This document shows positions 13,540 through 28,629 of a DNA stretch of 64,000 nucleotides, in pieces. Origin of the DNA: Felis catus. Its lineage: Eukaryota. Numbering within the stretch: position 1 is the stretch's first letter; each line of letters begins with the position of its first letter. The notes beneath the pieces are model-generated. The model ran no database searches. It was given only the letters and a program-made list of their open reading frames with translations, and was not told the DNA's origin. The translations under genes were made by a program, and so were the position numbers. The stretch lies in assembly GCF_018350175.1 (NCBI RefSeq), contig NC_058368.1, positions 239,198,001 to 239,262,000 of the forward strand, in the 5' to 3' direction.

Positions 13540-13720
13540 GTGTTGGCCAATTGAACTTTCTGCAATGATGGGATTGTTTTGTTGTCTAGTGTGGGAGTCA
13601 CTTGCTACCTATAGCTACTAGTTGAAATGAATCAAGGTGACTTGGGAATTTAATTTTAAATTTTATATAAATCTAGCAAACAATAGCTATGTGGCTATGG
13701 CTAATGCTATGGACAGTATT
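13540..13720. mobile_element. MER3-like hAT MITE remnant
   Basis: ccaattgaactttctgcaatgatgg...gtggctatggctaatgctatggacag. Confidence 0.55.
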
Positions 13721-14296
13721 TAAGTCTGAGTATTGTACTGTATCTTAATTTTGTTGCTTCTTTTTATCCAGATTAGAAATGATTCACATCTCTCTGGGCA
13801 GTACTCTATTTTTTTACTTTGATGCATTTTTTTAAATATCTTTGGTCTGTCAATTCCTTCAACGTGTGGATTCTCCTAGAAACCTTGAATACACAATGTA
13901 TAAAACATTTCCAGTATGAAATATTCTGTCCCATAGAAATGTGCATTTCCAGACCAGCCACTCCCCAGCGGTTTTCTTGGTCTCACCATGTTGAGAAGTA
14001 GCAGACAGACATAAAGAGGATGCCACCCTCAGTTACTTCTTTGGAACCAATCAGCACTTTTGTTGTCTTATCATGCTTCACATACATGCCTTTGCTACCT
14101 TTTCATTCATTGTCTTAACACTTAAATGATGCTGAGGTGCCTATATTTATACTCCCACTTCTGCAAAATGCTTTGGCTATACCTTGTTCCATCTGCTGGT
14201 TGGGATGGAGGTCTGAAGTTGTCAGTAGTCTTTGCACCTGTTGTTTTCTCCTGAAAATCACCCCCTTCATGTTTGTTGAACCACATGATCCTGTGC

Positions 14297-14450
14297 AGGT
14301 GGTTTTCAAAGTGTGGTCCCTGGACATATTAAAAATGCAAATTCTCAGGCCCAACCCCAGGACCTATGGAACCAGAAGTCCTGTGGTGGGTTAGGAATTA
14401 TTCAACAATCCTTCCAGGTGACTGATTCACAGGCAAGTTCCAGAACCACA
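14297..14450. mobile_element. MER5A-like hAT MITE
   Basis: gtggttttcaaagtgtggtccc...aaaatgcaaattctcaggccc...agaaccac. Confidence 0.7.
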
Positions 14451-14894
14451 TTAGGGATTGCAAAAAGGGGGTCTTTAAATTCTATCAGTCCTTACTCATT
14501 TATCTGAAGGAATTCCTCTGTAAAATACATTCCTAATTAACTAGGTTACCCTGAATGGCAATGTGTGGATAAAAGGCAGGATAATCATGATTTTCCTTTA
14601 ATTGCCCATTTTCAGTGTTAGTAGTTAGTGCCTAACTTGCTTAATTGTGTGTTTCTGTTTGTTTAGTTTTGGCTGAGTTTTTACACTGTCATTATAAATC
14701 AACAGCATGTTTTTAATATAGTCACTCAGTCTCAATCAATGCAGCCACCATTGTTTGCTGGCTCCAATGCCTCTTCTGGCCCCAGTGCTCCCTGACGGTT
14801 TCCAGCTCAGACACCTTTTTAGGCTCATCTTAAACATTTCCTCCCCCAGCCCAGGAATCAGCAACTCTTACTTGCCATCATACTTTCTTGGCAA

Positions 14895-15110
14895 AGCTGT
14901 GGGAAACAGCAACTCTCCTCCATCACAGCCCCTATGGAAGAGAATTTGGGAACGTCTAACAAAACAATATGTGCATTTACCCTTGGACCCAGCAATTCTA
15001 CTTCTAGGACTCCACCTCAAAAAAACTGGCGAAGAAAATGACTTCAAGCACACAGTTACTCATTGTGGCATCTGTAATACTGGAAATAACACAAATGCCC
15101 ATCACTGGAG
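14895..15110 (+). mobile_element. Old L1 (L1M-type) 3' fragment
   Basis: catttacccttggacccagcaattctacttctagg corresponds to the L1 ORF2 C-terminal LPxDPAIxLLG motif. Confidence 0.65.
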
Positions 15111-15792
15111 GGTAAGGTACACTCATGCAGCCAAAGGAAGGAACAAAGACTCACTGATAAGGAGTGACCTCCGAATATGCAGACAAGGAATGCACAATGG
15201 TCTATACATCGTAATGCAAATACAGATTTTCTTTCTTCTTCTCTTTAAACATTTAGCTAAGAAGATAACTAAAGTGGTTGCTATGAGGGAGAGAAGGGAG
15301 AGAATGCAGGAACAATTAAGGAGGTTAGCTCCAAATATAAGGGACTCTGAAAGAACATAAATGTTTTACATATTTGCATACTAAGTTTGTAAAGACCATC
15401 CTTAAAATTGAAAAACAGACAGTAATATCAATGACCCTACCTGCTGTGGACTGGAGTCTACAGAAGCCAGCCCTGAGACAATTACTAGGAAGGAGACCCC
15501 AAGTAGCAGCTGAAAGCAAGTGGGGAAAGAAGAAATCCATCTGTTTCCTTTAGTATCCGGTTATTTAAATACTTTAGGACACATGTTCACATATTAAACC
15601 ATTTGCTTACTAAGAACAAGGAGAATGTGTTTATTTCTTTCATGTGCTGTCAGCATCGAAATTCATTTTTACTTAATTATATACTACAACAAAATTTCTG
15701 GATTTCGATATTTCAGGTCAACAAACAGGCCTCAAGTCAAACAGTATAAGCTCATAAATGGACTTGGAATAGAAATAGGTTTGTAATTTATG

Positions 15793-15821
15793 TTTATTTA
15801 AGAATCATGCCCAGTTTTATT
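15793..15821 (-). terminator. SDHA polyadenylation signals (two AATAAA)
   Basis: tttatt at 15793-15798 and 15816-15821, about 200 nt past the stop codon. Confidence 0.75.
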
Positions 15822-16015
15822 AGTTCACAAGAATGAAGCCTCACACTTCCTGGCTGTTGATTACTGGCAAGCTTCTGGCCACCAGGTAGATGATACCTAT
15901 TCGAATGGTGACCCTTGTTCCCTTGAGGACAGGGTATCAATAGGACAGTTATGATATAAAAGCACACATGAGCTATTATTATACATGGGTACAAAGTCGG
16001 TCACCTCTGGCCCAA

Positions 16016-16159
<144 letters not shown>

Positions 16160-16199
16160 TTATGCTCTTTTGAAAAATTAACTATAAAACTTATTTGTA

Positions 16200-16396
16200 G
16201 GGGCACCTGGGCGGCTTAGTCGGTTAAGCACCCGACTCTTGATTTCAGCTCAGGTCATGATCTCACGGTTCAGTTCGTGAGTTCGAACCCTGAATGGGGC
16301 TCTGTACTGACAGTGCACAGAGCCTGCTTGGGAGTCTCCTTCTCTGTCCCTCCCCTGTTCTCTTCCTCTCAAACTAAATTAAAAAAAAAAAAAAAA
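16200..16396 (+). mobile_element. CAN-SINE
   Basis: Head ggggcacctgggcggcttag and a pure A tail. Confidence 0.9.
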
Positions 16397-16970
16397 TTGG
16401 CAAATTTCAGGAACTTAAAACCACAAATATGTACTAGAGTATTTTTCACTAACAAACTGAAAAAGGATCTAAAAGCACAACAGGGGACTGGCTATGTAAA
16501 TTATGGTAAATCCATGTAGTGAAATACAGCAATTAAAATAACAATGTACAAAATTCTTGATGCTTTACAAAATGCTTAAGAAGTAGGTGAAACCCTGTAT
16601 ATACTGTCATCCTTTAATTACATTTAAACTATATATTTTTCTACTCATATTTAAGGAAAGTATATAAACATACATATAAGGAAAAGTGTATAAACATACA
16701 TGCAAAACCTGAAGGAAATATTTCAAAATGATAATGAAATAAAATTTCAAAATAAATTTTCAAAATAAACTTCAAAATTTCACAAATAAAAATTTCAAAA
16801 TAATAATAAGGGGTATCTGTGATTGGTGATCTTACAAATGTTAATTTCCTTTATCTTGCACTTTCTATACTTTCTAAAATGAGCACTTACTTCTTATATA
16901 ATTGTAAAAAGTCTTGAACATTACCAAAAATAGGATTGTACTGAGACAGAAATCTGATACCTTTCTAAAT

Positions 16971-17033
16971 AATTTTTTTGATGTTTGCTTATTTTTGAGA
17001 GAAAGCATGCACGATTGCGAGAGTGGGGGAAGC

Positions 17034-17086
<53 letters not shown>

Positions 17087-17232
17087 CACGAGAGACAGAC
17101 AGAATCCCAAGCAAGCTCTGTGCTGTCAGTGAAGAGCCCAATGCGGGGCTTGACCCCACAAACTGTGAGATCAGGACCTTAACTGAAATCAACGGTCAGA
17201 CACTTAACTGACTGAGCCACCCAGGTGGCCCC
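16971..17232 (-). mobile_element. CAN-SINE with long (GA)n microsatellite (17036-17081)
   Basis: SINE head at the right end with a (GA)n tract. Confidence 0.9.
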
Positions 17233-17910
17233 AGTCTGATATCTTTCTACATACACTGTCAGAAAATAGCCTTCATGCAAAATTATGAAAATCACTACCT
17301 GCCTGAAATAGCAGACACTAGGCACTCTGTATAAAGTGATGACGACAAAGCATAATGCAATTTCTGCAGACTGAGACAAATGATTCAGATGATCCCTTAC
17401 AAGCCTGAAAAGCTTAAGGGTACACACTTTGTATCTTATTTCAGACTCTTAATGCCCAGGAGAAAAGTCAAATGGGTGAATTACCCTTCGGTGGAGTAAG
17501 ACTGTGAGCCTTTATTGTACTTGTAGCTGGTTGTTCCCAGCACCCTCACCCCCTCCCCTGCTTGCTGTGCCCAGGCCAATGCCAAGGGCTGCACAGCATA
17601 CCCTGGGTTCCCTGAAGCTGCACCCTGAGGTGGTCTGACCAATGGGAAGAAAGGAGTGTTTTCCCGTCCCACCCCCACCCCCTGATCTTGCTCTCTATGG
17701 GCTCCAGAATCCTCATCCCCTCCCCTGCTATCCAGGCTTGGGTGCTCACTCCTTGCCCAGTGCTAAGCTGTGGAAGACCAGCCCTTCTGAACCACCTGCC
17801 CATGCTGAATTCTGCCTCCAGACAGAAGCTGACTGACAAGGTCTTTTCCAGTGGTATCTCAAATCTGTCAATGGTCGACTTAAATCCATGCTGCTTCTCC
17901 CAGTCCGTCA

Positions 17911-18135
<225 letters not shown>

Positions 18136-18876
18136 CTAACAATCACACTTAAAGTTTCTTACTTCTCTAACAGCAATTTAACCGGAAAATATGGCAAACT
18201 CATTGAAATGATACATGAGAGACCAGTCTGCTATGAATCCCCCTAGATCCCACCCAACAAGGAGGTATCCACTGACCCAACCAGACCTTGTTCTGAGCTG
18301 GGACATTCCTAGTCCATTTTTCAACCCATGCCCCTTCCTTCTACAATCCCTAATGAAAAACCATTTTGTGTAGATCTGATCTAAAACAACACACAATGTG
18401 AAAAACAGTGCAACTGAGTCCCAAATGCAGGTGGGATGGAGAGATGAGACATGTGATCCATCTGCCAGTGGTCAGTCCTCCAGAGGACCTGTCCACCCTG
18501 GGGCTCCCAGACAGGCCGTTCCTCACTCCAGGGCCTCCACGGCGCAGGTCCCAACAAGGGTAGAATCCACCGAGGCCACAGAGCTAGCAGTGGGTCTGCA
18601 GCACCATGAGCTCAGAGCTCCATTTCTACAACCAGTGGGTGGTTGGGTGTGGAAATCAGATCTTTTATGCACTTAAAAGTTTATCAAATACTTTGTATTT
18701 CTGCTCTGTACTCTGGGAACTTTCATCTTCTTTCAGCTTTTATTGAAATGTTTCAGTTCTAGCAATTATATTAAAATTTTGTTCAAAAACTCTCAAAGAG
18801 AAGCTGAACACTATTAAGGAATACCCGGCACATAGTGATGAATAAGAATGTACAAGAGCCTCTTAAAATGAAAACC

Positions 18877-19268
18877 AGGGGCACCTGGCTGGCTCAGTCG
18901 GTGGAGCACGCAATTTTTGATCTCAGGGTTAAGCGTTTGAGCCCCATGTTGGGTGTAGAGACAAATTACTTAAAAATAAAATTAATTAATTAAATAAAAT
19001 AAAAACACTTTGCTTCTGTTTCTGCTGAGTGAGGTGAGTGTGGTGGCGGGGGAAGGCAAGCAAGTGGGGCTAGCACCTTCTTTCCCTTTTTGTTTATTTA
19101 TTTTATAAGAGAAAGGAGCATGAGCGGGGGAGAGGGGTGGAGCGACAGAGGAGAGAGAATCCCGACACAAGGTTTGATCTCACAAATGGTGAGATCATGA
19201 CCTGAGATGAAATCAAAAGTCAGATGCTTAACTGACTGAGCACTGCGCCCCCCCCCCCCCAGGTGCCC
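18877..19268. mobile_element. Short CAN-SINE (+, 18877-18982) and CAN-SINE (-, 19087-19268)
   Basis: Recognisable heads and tails. The second has an expanded C-run near its head. Confidence 0.8.
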
Positions 19269-19726
19269 CACCTTCCCTTATTTCTGAACACATACCTACA
19301 GGTGAGCTCTCCCAGGGGAAGCAGCTTCCACCTGCTTATCTGCTAACACTGAATGAAAACTCATTCATCTCATCACACAAACTGCCAACCAACAGCCTAG
19401 AGAAGCTTCTAGTTCTCAGTACATGTGACAAACGTGCTTAATTAATATTAATCTAATCCAGCTCCAGTCAGTGGAAGGTAAATTAACAAAGTTTCACAGC
19501 TGACTGGTGAGCCTGCTACCAGGAACACTAATACTGTCCCAGACCAAAGCCTGTCTGTCTGGAAAGTGGCTCGGGTCCTGGCGATATTCCATCCTAAATT
19601 CGTGTTTGTTCCCGAGTGCCCATTTCCTTGATGTTTTGCTGTCATATGCTGAGTGCTCTGTTCTGGAAAAATCTGACAACTGTACTCTGCATAAAAATCA
19701 GGTCATTTAAAAAAGTAGTGACCCAA

Positions 19727-19950
19727 TGGGGCGCCTGGGTGACTCAGTCAGTTGAGCATCCAATGTCGGCTCAGGTCATGATCTCTCGGTTCATGAGTTT
19801 GAGCCCTGTGTCAGGCTCTGTGCTGACAGCTCAGAGCCTGGAGCCTGCTTCGGATTCTGTGTCTCCCTCTCTCTGTCCCTTCCCAACTTGTGCTCTGTCT
19901 CTCTCTCAAAAATAAACATTAAAAAACAACCAAACATTAAAAATTTTTTA
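19727..19950 (+). mobile_element. CAN-SINE in SDHA intron 13
   Basis: Full length, flanked by gtgacccaa direct repeats. Confidence 0.93.
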
Positions 19951-20216
19951 AAAAGTGACCCAAGATGAGATCAGGTCTCAAATGATGATTTCCTCATCAT
20001 TTTAAGTCAGTAAGTTAGCATTTTCTGGCAATAATACTCGGACTGCACAGTAACCTTTGACCAAGTAAAGTTCAGGTGTGTTTTGCTCAGGGTGCTACTG
20101 GCAGAGGCAGATACTGATCCAAACCAAGAAAAAGGTCACACTGGTAGTAAACACAGTGATACCAAAGTGTAAAAGTTATCAGGGGGGGAAGAAAAGGGCA
20201 TACTTTTTAAAATTTA

Positions 20217-20867
<651 letters not shown>

Positions 20868-20889
20868 TTAAAAAAGATTTTATTTAAAA

Positions 20890-21192
20890 AAATTTTTTTT
20901 TAAAACGTTTATTTATTTTTGAGACAGAGAGAGACAGAGCATGAACGGGGGAGGGGCAGAGAGAGAGGGAGACACAGAATCTGAAACAGGCTCCAGGCTC
21001 TGAGCTGTCAGCACAGAGCCCGACGCGGGCTCGAACTCACGGACCGCGAGATCATGACCTGAGCCGAAGTTGGCCGCTCAACCGACTGAGCCACCCAGGC
21101 GCCCCAAAAAAGATTTTATTTTTAACATAAGGCTCGAACTCAAAAGCCCAAGACCAGGAGCTGCACACTCCACTGACTAAGCCAGCCAGCCA
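20890..21192 (-). mobile_element. Young SINEC_Fc-like element (20890-21105) inserted in the tail of an older SINE
   Basis: TSD aaaaaagattttattt on both sides, and a second SINE head at about 21130-21192. Confidence 0.9.
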
Positions 21193-21960
21193 TGGCTCAT
21201 TGTGGTTCTGATCTGCATTTCCCTGATGATGAGTGACATTGAGCATCTTTTCATGTATCTGTTGGCCATCCATAGGTCTTCTTTGGAGAAACATCCATTC
21301 AGCCCTTCTGTCCATTTCTTAGGCTGTTTTTGCACTATTGAGTTGTAGGAGTTCTTTATATATTTTGGGATATTAGCCCCTTATCAGACATATAATTTGC
21401 AAATATTTTCGCCCATTCTATATGAGAAAACTGTTTTACTGTTTTCAGTGTACTGATTTTTCTCCTCCTTGGTTAAATTTATTATTCCCAGGTATTTTAT
21501 TCTTTCTGATACAATTGTAAATGGGATTATTTTCTTAATTTCTCTTTCAGAAGATTTATTCTTTGTATACAGAAACAACAGATTTTATGTATTGATTTTG
21601 CATATTTCAACACTACTGAATACACTTACCAGGTCTAAGTTTTTTTGGTGAAGTCTGTGTCAAATATGATCTGATACATCTATAAATAGTGACTTTTACT
21701 TCTTCCTTTCCAATTTGGACACCTCTTATTTCTCTTTCCTGCCTGACTGCTCTAGCTAGGACTTCCAGTATTGTGTTGAATGAAGTGGTAAGAGTGAACA
21801 TTGTCTTGCTCCGATGTTAAGACAAAAAGCTTTTAGCTTTTCACCACTGAGTGTGACAGTAGCTGTGGGCTTGTCACATATGGCCCTGATTACACTGAGG
21901 TACATTCCCTCTATACCTGCCTTGTTGAGAGTTTTATCGTAAATAGATGTTAAATCAAGT
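21193..21960 (-). mobile_element. L1 ORF2 fragments (RT and 3' region, internally deleted)
   Basis: Minus-strand ORFs contain [29 protein letters not shown] and IPFTIVSERIKYLGI.NLTK. Confidence 0.9.
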
Positions 21961-21971
21961 TCTGATGAATG

Positions 21972-22410
21972 CTTTTTTATTAATTTATTTTATTAATTTT
22001 TTTAACGTTTATTCATTTCTGAGACACAGTGAGCAGGGAAGGGGCAGAGAGAGAGGGAGACACGGGATCTGAAGCAGGCTCCAGGCTGAACTGTCAGCAC
22101 AGATCCCGACGTGGGGCTTGAACCCACGAACTGCGAGACCATGACCTAAGCCGAAGTCAGACGCTCAACTGACTGAGCCACCCAGGCACCCCAATGCTTT
22201 TTAAATTTTTTTAATGTTTATTTTTTAAGAGATAGAGTGTGAATGGGGAAGGGGTAGAGAGAGAGAGAGAGGGAGATACAGAATCCGAAGCAGGATCCAG
22301 GCTCTGAGCTGTCAGCACAGAGCCTGATGCAGGGCTTGAACCCACGAGCAGTGAGATCATGACCTGAGCCGAAGTCAGTCACTCAATTGACTGAGCCACC
22401 CAGGTGCCCC
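21972..22410 (-). mobile_element. Two tandem CAN-SINEs
   Basis: Heads end at about 22192 and 22410, flanked by tgat(g/a)aatgctttt. Confidence 0.9.
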
Positions 22411-22892
22411 TGATAAATGCTTTTAAAACATGATTCTATGTTCCTATTAAGTACATGTCTTAAATCCATGTCCGTTATTTAAAATGGAACATTGTGCATT
22501 TAGGGAAGGCAGTTTGTGGAACTTGGCCGAGATCTGTGATTCCAAGCAGACTTACTTCTGAGGCATAATGTACTGAGTGGTGGCAGAAAGGTGTAAGGGT
22601 TCCACCTTCGAATTCCCAAGGAGACAGCAGTTCCTAGACTTGCTCCACCCTCGAGATCTGGTGGTAAATGTTCTAGGAGCAGCAGGTGGCTCCTTGCTGA
22701 CACAAACTAAGAAGTGCTAAGATTATGAGGTGGTCTGCAGTGAGCCTGGAGTGGATGGTCATAAAGTAGAGGGAGAAGTGAGAAGCCTGGGAGCGTTCCC
22801 TGGTGGACTTCTGGTTAAATACTGTAAAAACTCCTCATGTGTCAAATTCCTGTATGGTTTTCTTGTTTATGCTCATAAGAAATGGGACATGA

Positions 22893-23109
22893 GGGGCGCC
22901 TGGGTGGCGCAGTCAGTTAAGCGTCCGACTTCAGCCAGGTCGCGATCTCGCGGTCCGTGAGTTCGAGCCCCGCGTCGGGCTCTGGGCTGATGGCTCAGAG
23001 CCTGGAGCCTGTTTCTGATTCTGTGTCTCCCTCTCTCTCTGCCCCTCCCCCGTTCATGCTCTGTCTCTCTCTGTCCCAAAAATAAATAAACGTTGAAAAA
23101 AAAAAAAAA
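22893..23109 (+). mobile_element. Very young SINEC_Fc element
   Basis: CpGs largely intact, pure A tail, perfect TSD aagaaatgggacatga at 22877 and 23110. Confidence 0.95.
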
Positions 23110-23877
23110 AAGAAATGGGACATGAAATAAAACAAATTTATTTTAGGATCTACCTTTGTTTCCTATCACTCACCGAATGACCTTTCATCACGCTTGAAAA
23201 AACCCCTTTATCCCATGCTTAATCACAGCATGTGCCTGGGCCTACTTCTGGACTCTATGCAACTGATCTAGATGTCTCCTTCTCTATCACAGACTAACAC
23301 AGCTTGTTGATTTAGTTCTATTTAACAGATACCTCATCTATTTCTTTAGAATGATACATAATTTAAAAATTATAAAGCATACCATCAAACGTCTTGGCTT
23401 TTCAGCAAAAGCAAAGGGAAAAAGCTATCTCAGAATCTAGTAAATGTTAATTAAAACATTCTTTTATGTTCTTCAGCGCTCATGTTGTCATACTCTTTAG
23501 GGTTAGGTTTATTCAAGGTATTTTAAACTTTTTGGCTGCACTGTGAAGATCATTTTCAAATGGATTACTGCAGGTATACTGGAAAGCTACTCATTTTTAT
23601 ATATGAATCTTTTATCCAGATGCTTTACTTCATTGTTTTTATTAGTTTTCCACTTCCCATCTTGGAATTTTTAATTGTATCAGTAAGCAATAATTTTGTC
23701 TACTCCTTTTCAATACATTCGTCATTTCTTTTCTCTTTCTTACTGTATTTACTGGAATCAGCAAAATGATTACTCCGTCTCCCAACTCAAATGTACATTC
23801 CACGAGGCAGGATTTTTTGTTTTCTTTGGATGACTCGGGCATCTAGAATACTGCCTGGCACACAGCAGATACCAATT

Positions 23878-24315
23878 CAGATGGTCCCTAACCTATGGGG
23901 GTTTGAGCAATGATTTTTCAACTTTACAAGGAAACAAAAGGGATCTGCATTCAGAGAAACCGTACCGGGAACTGTCACCTTTTCCCAGGCTAGCAGTGTG
24001 CATTAGGGCGCACTCTCATGACTCTGGGTGGTGGTAGCAGCTGCAGCTCCCACTGAGCCCCATGATCCTGAGGCTCAATAACCATCTCCACTCACACAAC
24101 CACTGTTTTTCACTTCCAGTACAGTATTCAATAAATTACGTGAGACAGACCACACCCTGTTATAAAAATAGGCTTCATGTCAGATGAACTTTCCCTACTG
24201 CAAGCTAACCTAGGTGCTCTGAGCACTTTTAAGGCCAGCTAGGCGAATGTTCAGTAAGACAGGTGTGTTAAATGCATTTTTTCAGGACATAACCCCATTG
24301 TAAGTCAAAGATCTG
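23878..24315. mobile_element. Tigger-family (MER47/Tigger5-like) non-autonomous DNA transposon
   Basis: Degenerate terminal inverted repeats cagatggtccc... and ...ccccattgtaagtcaaagatctg followed by TA. Confidence 0.65.
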
Positions 24316-25429
24316 TACGTGCCTTATTTAGTGGGAATACCTCTAAGGTTTCCTATTTCAAAATCTCTCATGGATTCAACATTTCCATATCCAAACGGAA
24401 GTTCCTACTATCCAGTGCAATGATTACATCTGTCCTAGCTGGCCTCCCAACTCCTGGTATCAGTACCCCACAAAAGTCCTGCACAGATCACTTGACTGGT
24501 TTCCTTAAACATACCTTTGTCCTTCACACATGCTATTTGCCTTACCTTTCCAGGAAGCCTCCCTGAAGCCCAGTCTCACCTGAACACAGAACCACACAGT
24601 CCTATAAAAGCTGCATGGTGCAACTTTTGGTGGTGAGCATTTGTGCCACTGGACTCCTTACCAGAATGTGACTAAAGCAAAGGGTGGCTTCTTTTTGGAA
24701 AATGCCTCCACAAATTCTTACAAATAATTTCAAGTGGACAGAGATCTTACTTATGGACCAAGGATCTCTGTAGTCGAAGAACCTGATGGATCCCTAGCTG
24801 TTTTACATACTACTTTTATTGATCTAACCCTGCGTTATCCAATGCAGTAGCCATGTGTAGCGATTTATATTAAATTGAAACTGAATAAAACTCAGTTCTT
24901 TAGTCACACTAGCCACATTTCACATGCTGCACAGTCACATGTGGTCAAAGACACATGTTCCCATCCTCAGAGAACATCCCATCAGACATGCTGATCTAGA
25001 AGATAAATACTGTGATGACAACTAGTGCACAAATTACCATTTCCTCCCAAAACCCACACTCTCCACTCTTCCTGACTTTATTTAGGGGATACAATGGCCC
25101 CAGTTTAAAGCCATTTCCCAGAGTTGCTAGAAGCTGGGTGTGATGATAGGATTAACTTCTTGGCAATGAGATGTGCTGGGCTTTCAGGAAGCCTGGTATA
25201 AGGAAGTTCCCAGCCGGGACCTTCTTGGACCTTCCACTCTCTCTCCCCCTTCAGGCTGTGACATACACACTACAGAAGAGAGGGTCTGAGGAGCCACATA
25301 CAAGCACGGTGGGATGCAGAAGTTGTAGTTTCCGCCCTGGGCTGCTACCTGCGGCCTTCTGTGTGCAATGTGTCCTCTTGCTACTCAACCCGGGCCTGGC
25401 ACAGGACTGTAGACACAATGGCCTGCTCA

Positions 25430-25570
<141 letters not shown>

Positions 25571-26249
25571 TTAAAAAATATACAAACAAAAAGCTAGAAT
25601 TTAATGGCTTTTGGAAAATGTACCCGTAACCTGAGCCAATGTTCCACCCAAGCCACCCTTTAACTGAAGCACCACATATTGACTTGGGGCCATAAACATA
25701 TAAAGACAAAATTTCTGGCAAGGAGGAGGTATCCAGTAAGAAATCTTTGCACAAAACAGAAACTATTCTTAAGCTTAAAAATTATTTATGCAAAGACACC
25801 TTGCAGTATTACTCTACAGAAGGGAGAACTGGCACCTTCAGGTAGTGAGCAGTTTCCAACAATTCTGCCACCACCACCCACACCCACCACCACGTGGTCC
25901 TCATTCAAAGACGAGGGAGGACCTGGTCTGGCACGTTTAAAAGTCTCTTGCTGATTCAGACCCTTATATCTGCTTACCCAAACCTCAAGATTTGCTCTTC
26001 TTGCTTTTCTAAAAAATAAAGATAAATGTTTTGAAGATTTTTTTAAAGGTTTTTTTTTTTTGGGGGGGGGGGTAACATGTTTTGAAATGTATTTTTTTCA
26101 AGAGGTAAAAGGGGCAGAAGGTATGAAAAACAGGAAACAAAGGTTTGCAGGTAAAGTTGGGCTGCTCACAGCTGCTCTCTGCAAGGGGCCAGGGCACTGG
26201 TCTCTGGTCTCTCATGTGACATGCCCCAATTTTAGGCTGGTTACAGTTT

Positions 26250-26459
26250 CTTCTTCTTCTTCTTCTTTTTATAATGTTTATTCATTTTTGAGAGACACAG
26301 AGTACAAGCAGAGTGGGGCGGGGGAGACACAGAATCCGAAGCAGGCTCCAGGCTCTGGGCTGTCAGCACAGAGCCTGACACGGGGCTCGAATCCACAAAC
26401 TGTTATATCATGACCTGAGCCGAAGTCGGACACAACTGACTGACCCACCCAGGTGCCCC
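26250..26459 (-). mobile_element. CAN-SINE
   Basis: Consensus match, flanked by tggtt..gtttcttct repeats. Confidence 0.9.
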
Positions 26460-26999
26460 TGGTTGTGGTTTCTTCTGCTTTTGTTTTTAACATTTTTAAA
26501 AAGTGATCATTTACCAAAATTATTTTTCTTTAGGTGCATAGTTCTACAAATGTTGACACATGGTATGGATTCCTGTAACCATCATAATAGGATCCAGATT
26601 AGGGTTTAAACATTTTAATGTTTAAAATATTCGTATTTGGGAAAATATAGTGATGCTTTTCCTTTTCTTTTTGTTTTTAAAAGTTAAAGTATAATTATCA
26701 TTTTTGGTGTAGAGTTTTGCACATTTTGCCTCACAGAGTCACCATGAGCAGGACGGCAACCACCAAGCCGTGTTATTCCCTAGTTCTGTCTCCTCCAAGA
26801 TGTTATGTAAATAAAGTTAGATGTATGTATATAGCCTTTTAAGCTTGGGTCATACAACTTAATATGTTTTGAAATGCATTTGTGTTGTTGCATGTAGGAG
26901 TAATTTGTTCCTTTTTACTGCTAGGTTTAAAAAACTTTTTAAAACTGTATACTGATCCTTCAGATATAAAAGTACAAGATATTCATTTTTTCTAACAAT

Positions 27000-27162
27000 A
27001 TTAAAAAAAATTTTTTTTTTTTGAGAGTGAGAGTGAGAGTGAGAGAGAGAGAGAATGAGTGCGTGCGTAAGCAAAGGAGCAGAGGGAGAGAATCCTGAGC
27101 AGGTTCCAAGCCCCTGATGTGGGGCTCAATCCCATGTCCCTGGGATCAGAGTCAGATGCCCC
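27000..27162 (-). mobile_element. Internally deleted CAN-SINE
   Basis: Tail, (GA/GAGT)n tract and partial head. Confidence 0.75.
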
Positions 27163-28248
27163 GAAAGTAAAGATATTCTTACAAAACTTCCTTTTTCTCT
27201 TTTTCAAAGAAAAGAAACCTCGAATTTTCTGCTTTCCTCTGAGATCTGATTGCAGGCTTCACTGCTATAGTGAAATGAGCATTAGATTTGGTTATCAGAC
27301 CAGGTGGGTTCAACTCCTGCCTCTGCAGCAAACACTGGGACAGGGCCCCACATCTGCCCTTCACAGCCTGGACTTGTAGTCAGAGCAAGGGGGAGGGTGT
27401 CTGAAAATACAACTGTCCTTCTCCTTACATGTATCTGCTAACTGCAGACGTAAAGGGGAGCACGGCATGGTATATACTAAGGGCTGTGTTTAACTAATGG
27501 GATAGTAAGATTTTCACCAACTTAATGTCCATACGAAAAGCTTTTGTGCAATAAAAATAGCACAACTGATACTAAATAGTCACCGTCAATGAAGCGTAAC
27601 GAGAAGAGCAGAGGCCTGGGGATCCCACGACACTTCCCTTGGGAACAGTGACTTCCCCTCACATGTTGTTCTGAGCAAATGGGCCAACACAATCTACATG
27701 AAGACCCTCTGAATGTCAAAGCGACAGTAAGTGTCCTGTTCACAGTGGGACTCACCCTTCTAGCACATGGCATTTTTTCCTCAGCAGATTATTTTAACAG
27801 AAGAACGCAATCACTGACTTGAATCCACTGTATCAATGCAGGAACGGATATGACCCAATCCTCTGTTTTGTGTACATTACGTCCTCCCTTTCTGCTTTAA
27901 TAGGGTATTTATATTTTGTTTTTAGAATCTAAATTACTTTTCCATAAGTACTGAAAACTACTCTATCGTCATACCTGTTTAAAATATTTCACTACAAATA
28001 AGTAATTTATATTGAGCAAGCAACTATGTGATAAACCTCCCCTTAAAATAACTCCCTAACAATGACTTTTCTAAGCAGAGCACAAGGACTATAGGACAGA
28101 ACCTGACCAAAACCAGGTTACCTTCTTAATTGTTAAGACCCTCACCCAACCTGTGTCTAGTCTCAAGTCTATCACCATATAAATCTCTGATTGCTCTGTT
28201 TCCTCACTTATAGGGGGTAAAAAGAGACTACCCCCTCCATGATCACTA

Positions 28249-28629
<381 letters not shown>

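Noticed and set aside
14755..15360. 201-aa plus-strand ORF
   Set aside because: Mostly decayed L1 sequence (LPLDPAILLLG) with a non-ATG start.
16655..16805. AT-rich short tandem duplications (aaggaaagtatataaacatacat x2; aaaatttcaaaat repeats)
   Set aside because: Local slippage with no constant repeat-spacer pattern. Not a CRISPR-like array.
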